Origin: an uncultured Rhodobacteraceae bacterium
Lineage (GTDB): Bacteria; Pseudomonadota; Alphaproteobacteria; Rhodobacterales; Rhodobacteraceae
Length of the DNA: 64,000 nucleotides
Assembly (NCBI GenBank): GCA_938092015.1
Contig: CALKOT010000013.1
Span: 1,109 to 65,108 of the forward strand
Direction of reading: 5' to 3'
Shown piece after piece: positions 63,764 to 64,000 of this stretch. Position 1 is the first letter of the stretch. The number at the start of each line of letters is the position of its first letter. Under the pieces are notes generated by a model. It was not told the DNA's origin. It made no database searches and was given only the letters and a program-made list of their open reading frames with translations. The translations under genes and the position numbers were made by a program.

Positions 63764-64000
63764 CGTCCACCCAAAGCGCGTGGTGTGAAAACGTGATCGC
63801 CGATTCGGATCAGATGCGGCGGAGGTCCAGCTGGCCATACATCTGCAAACACGCCATCCGCTGGAGCATAGGCAAATGGTCCAAGCGCTTGGATTGTGCT
63901 CTCAATCGAGCAGGTAGCAGGCACGCCAAATTCCACACAAAGTGATAGTTCGCTCTGATCGCCAGTAGTTTGAAGTCGCCAGATGCCAGTGCGCCACGCA
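63760..64000 (-). CDS. 3' end of an upstream T2SS gene (probably gspJ), truncated by the window edge
   Basis: Open minus-strand frame from the window end to a TGA at 63760-63762 (...ADVWPAGPPPHLIRIGDHVFTPRALGGR*). Its identity is inferred only from operon position. Confidence 0.35.
   Translation of the reverse strand, partial: AWRTGIWRLQTTGDQSELSLCVEFGVPATCSIESTIQALGPFAYAPADGVFADVWPAGPPPHLIRIGDHVFTPRALGGR

Noticed and set aside
1-64000. Looked for mobile-element or defence hallmarks: transposase, integrase, phage structural genes, reverse transcriptase, restriction-modification genes, toxin-antitoxin pairs, CRISPR repeats and tRNA/rRNA genes.
   Set aside because: None of the translated ORFs shows the corresponding motifs, and no regularly spaced short repeats were seen. 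This was checked by eye only; a proper tRNAscan, Infernal or CRISPR scan was not possible.

Overview
GC-rich chromosomal segment. By gene content it looks alphaproteobacterial and Rhodobacterales-like (inference only: aap/bzt amino-acid ABC system, TRAP transporter, ccr/ecm ethylmalonyl-CoA genes, Hint-domain protein); no composition statistics were computed. It is mostly housekeeping and metabolic genes. In order: an rlu-hydrolase-ATP12 operon; a LysM-PBP protein; aapJQMP; a TRAP + TauD-like dioxygenase + TetR + Cys-type sulfatase organosulfur cluster; a decayed stretch (frameshifted GxSxG gene, cytochrome P450 remnant, DUF4331-like remnant); pyrF; an SLC13 permease; a Hint-domain protein; clpB; a DksA/TraR-type protein; a GltB-like FMN protein; gloB; an enolase-superfamily enzyme; CoA-transferase subunits; an aquaporin-cupin-ArsR-SRPBCC module; two tandem membrane-anchored TIR-domain proteins; ecm and ccr separated by a class III cyclase and an acyltransferase; a hybrid histidine kinase; a RecD-like helicase; a YegP-type tandem-domain gene; a TPR protein; a second cyclase with a cNMP-binding membrane protein; metG; an MFS gene; an ABC exporter; and the distal part of a type II secretion operon (gspJ?-K-L-M-C/N-like-D). 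I saw no rRNA, tRNA, CRISPR array, transposase, integrase or prophage genes. The points most worth a second look are: (1) the TIR-TM-Sel1-like / tail-anchored TIR gene pair with no known partner genes; (2) a conserved ~40-nt element found three times, always just downstream of a stop codon in the same relative orientation; (3) an unusually high density of disrupted genes (homopolymer-linked frameshifts plus in-frame TAG/TAA/TGA stops); (4) an AapQ permease with an extra SBP-like periplasmic insert; (5) a perfect FNR/CRP-type box; and (6) a perfect 23-bp tandem duplication. All functional calls come from reading motifs in the supplied translations; no database search was possible.
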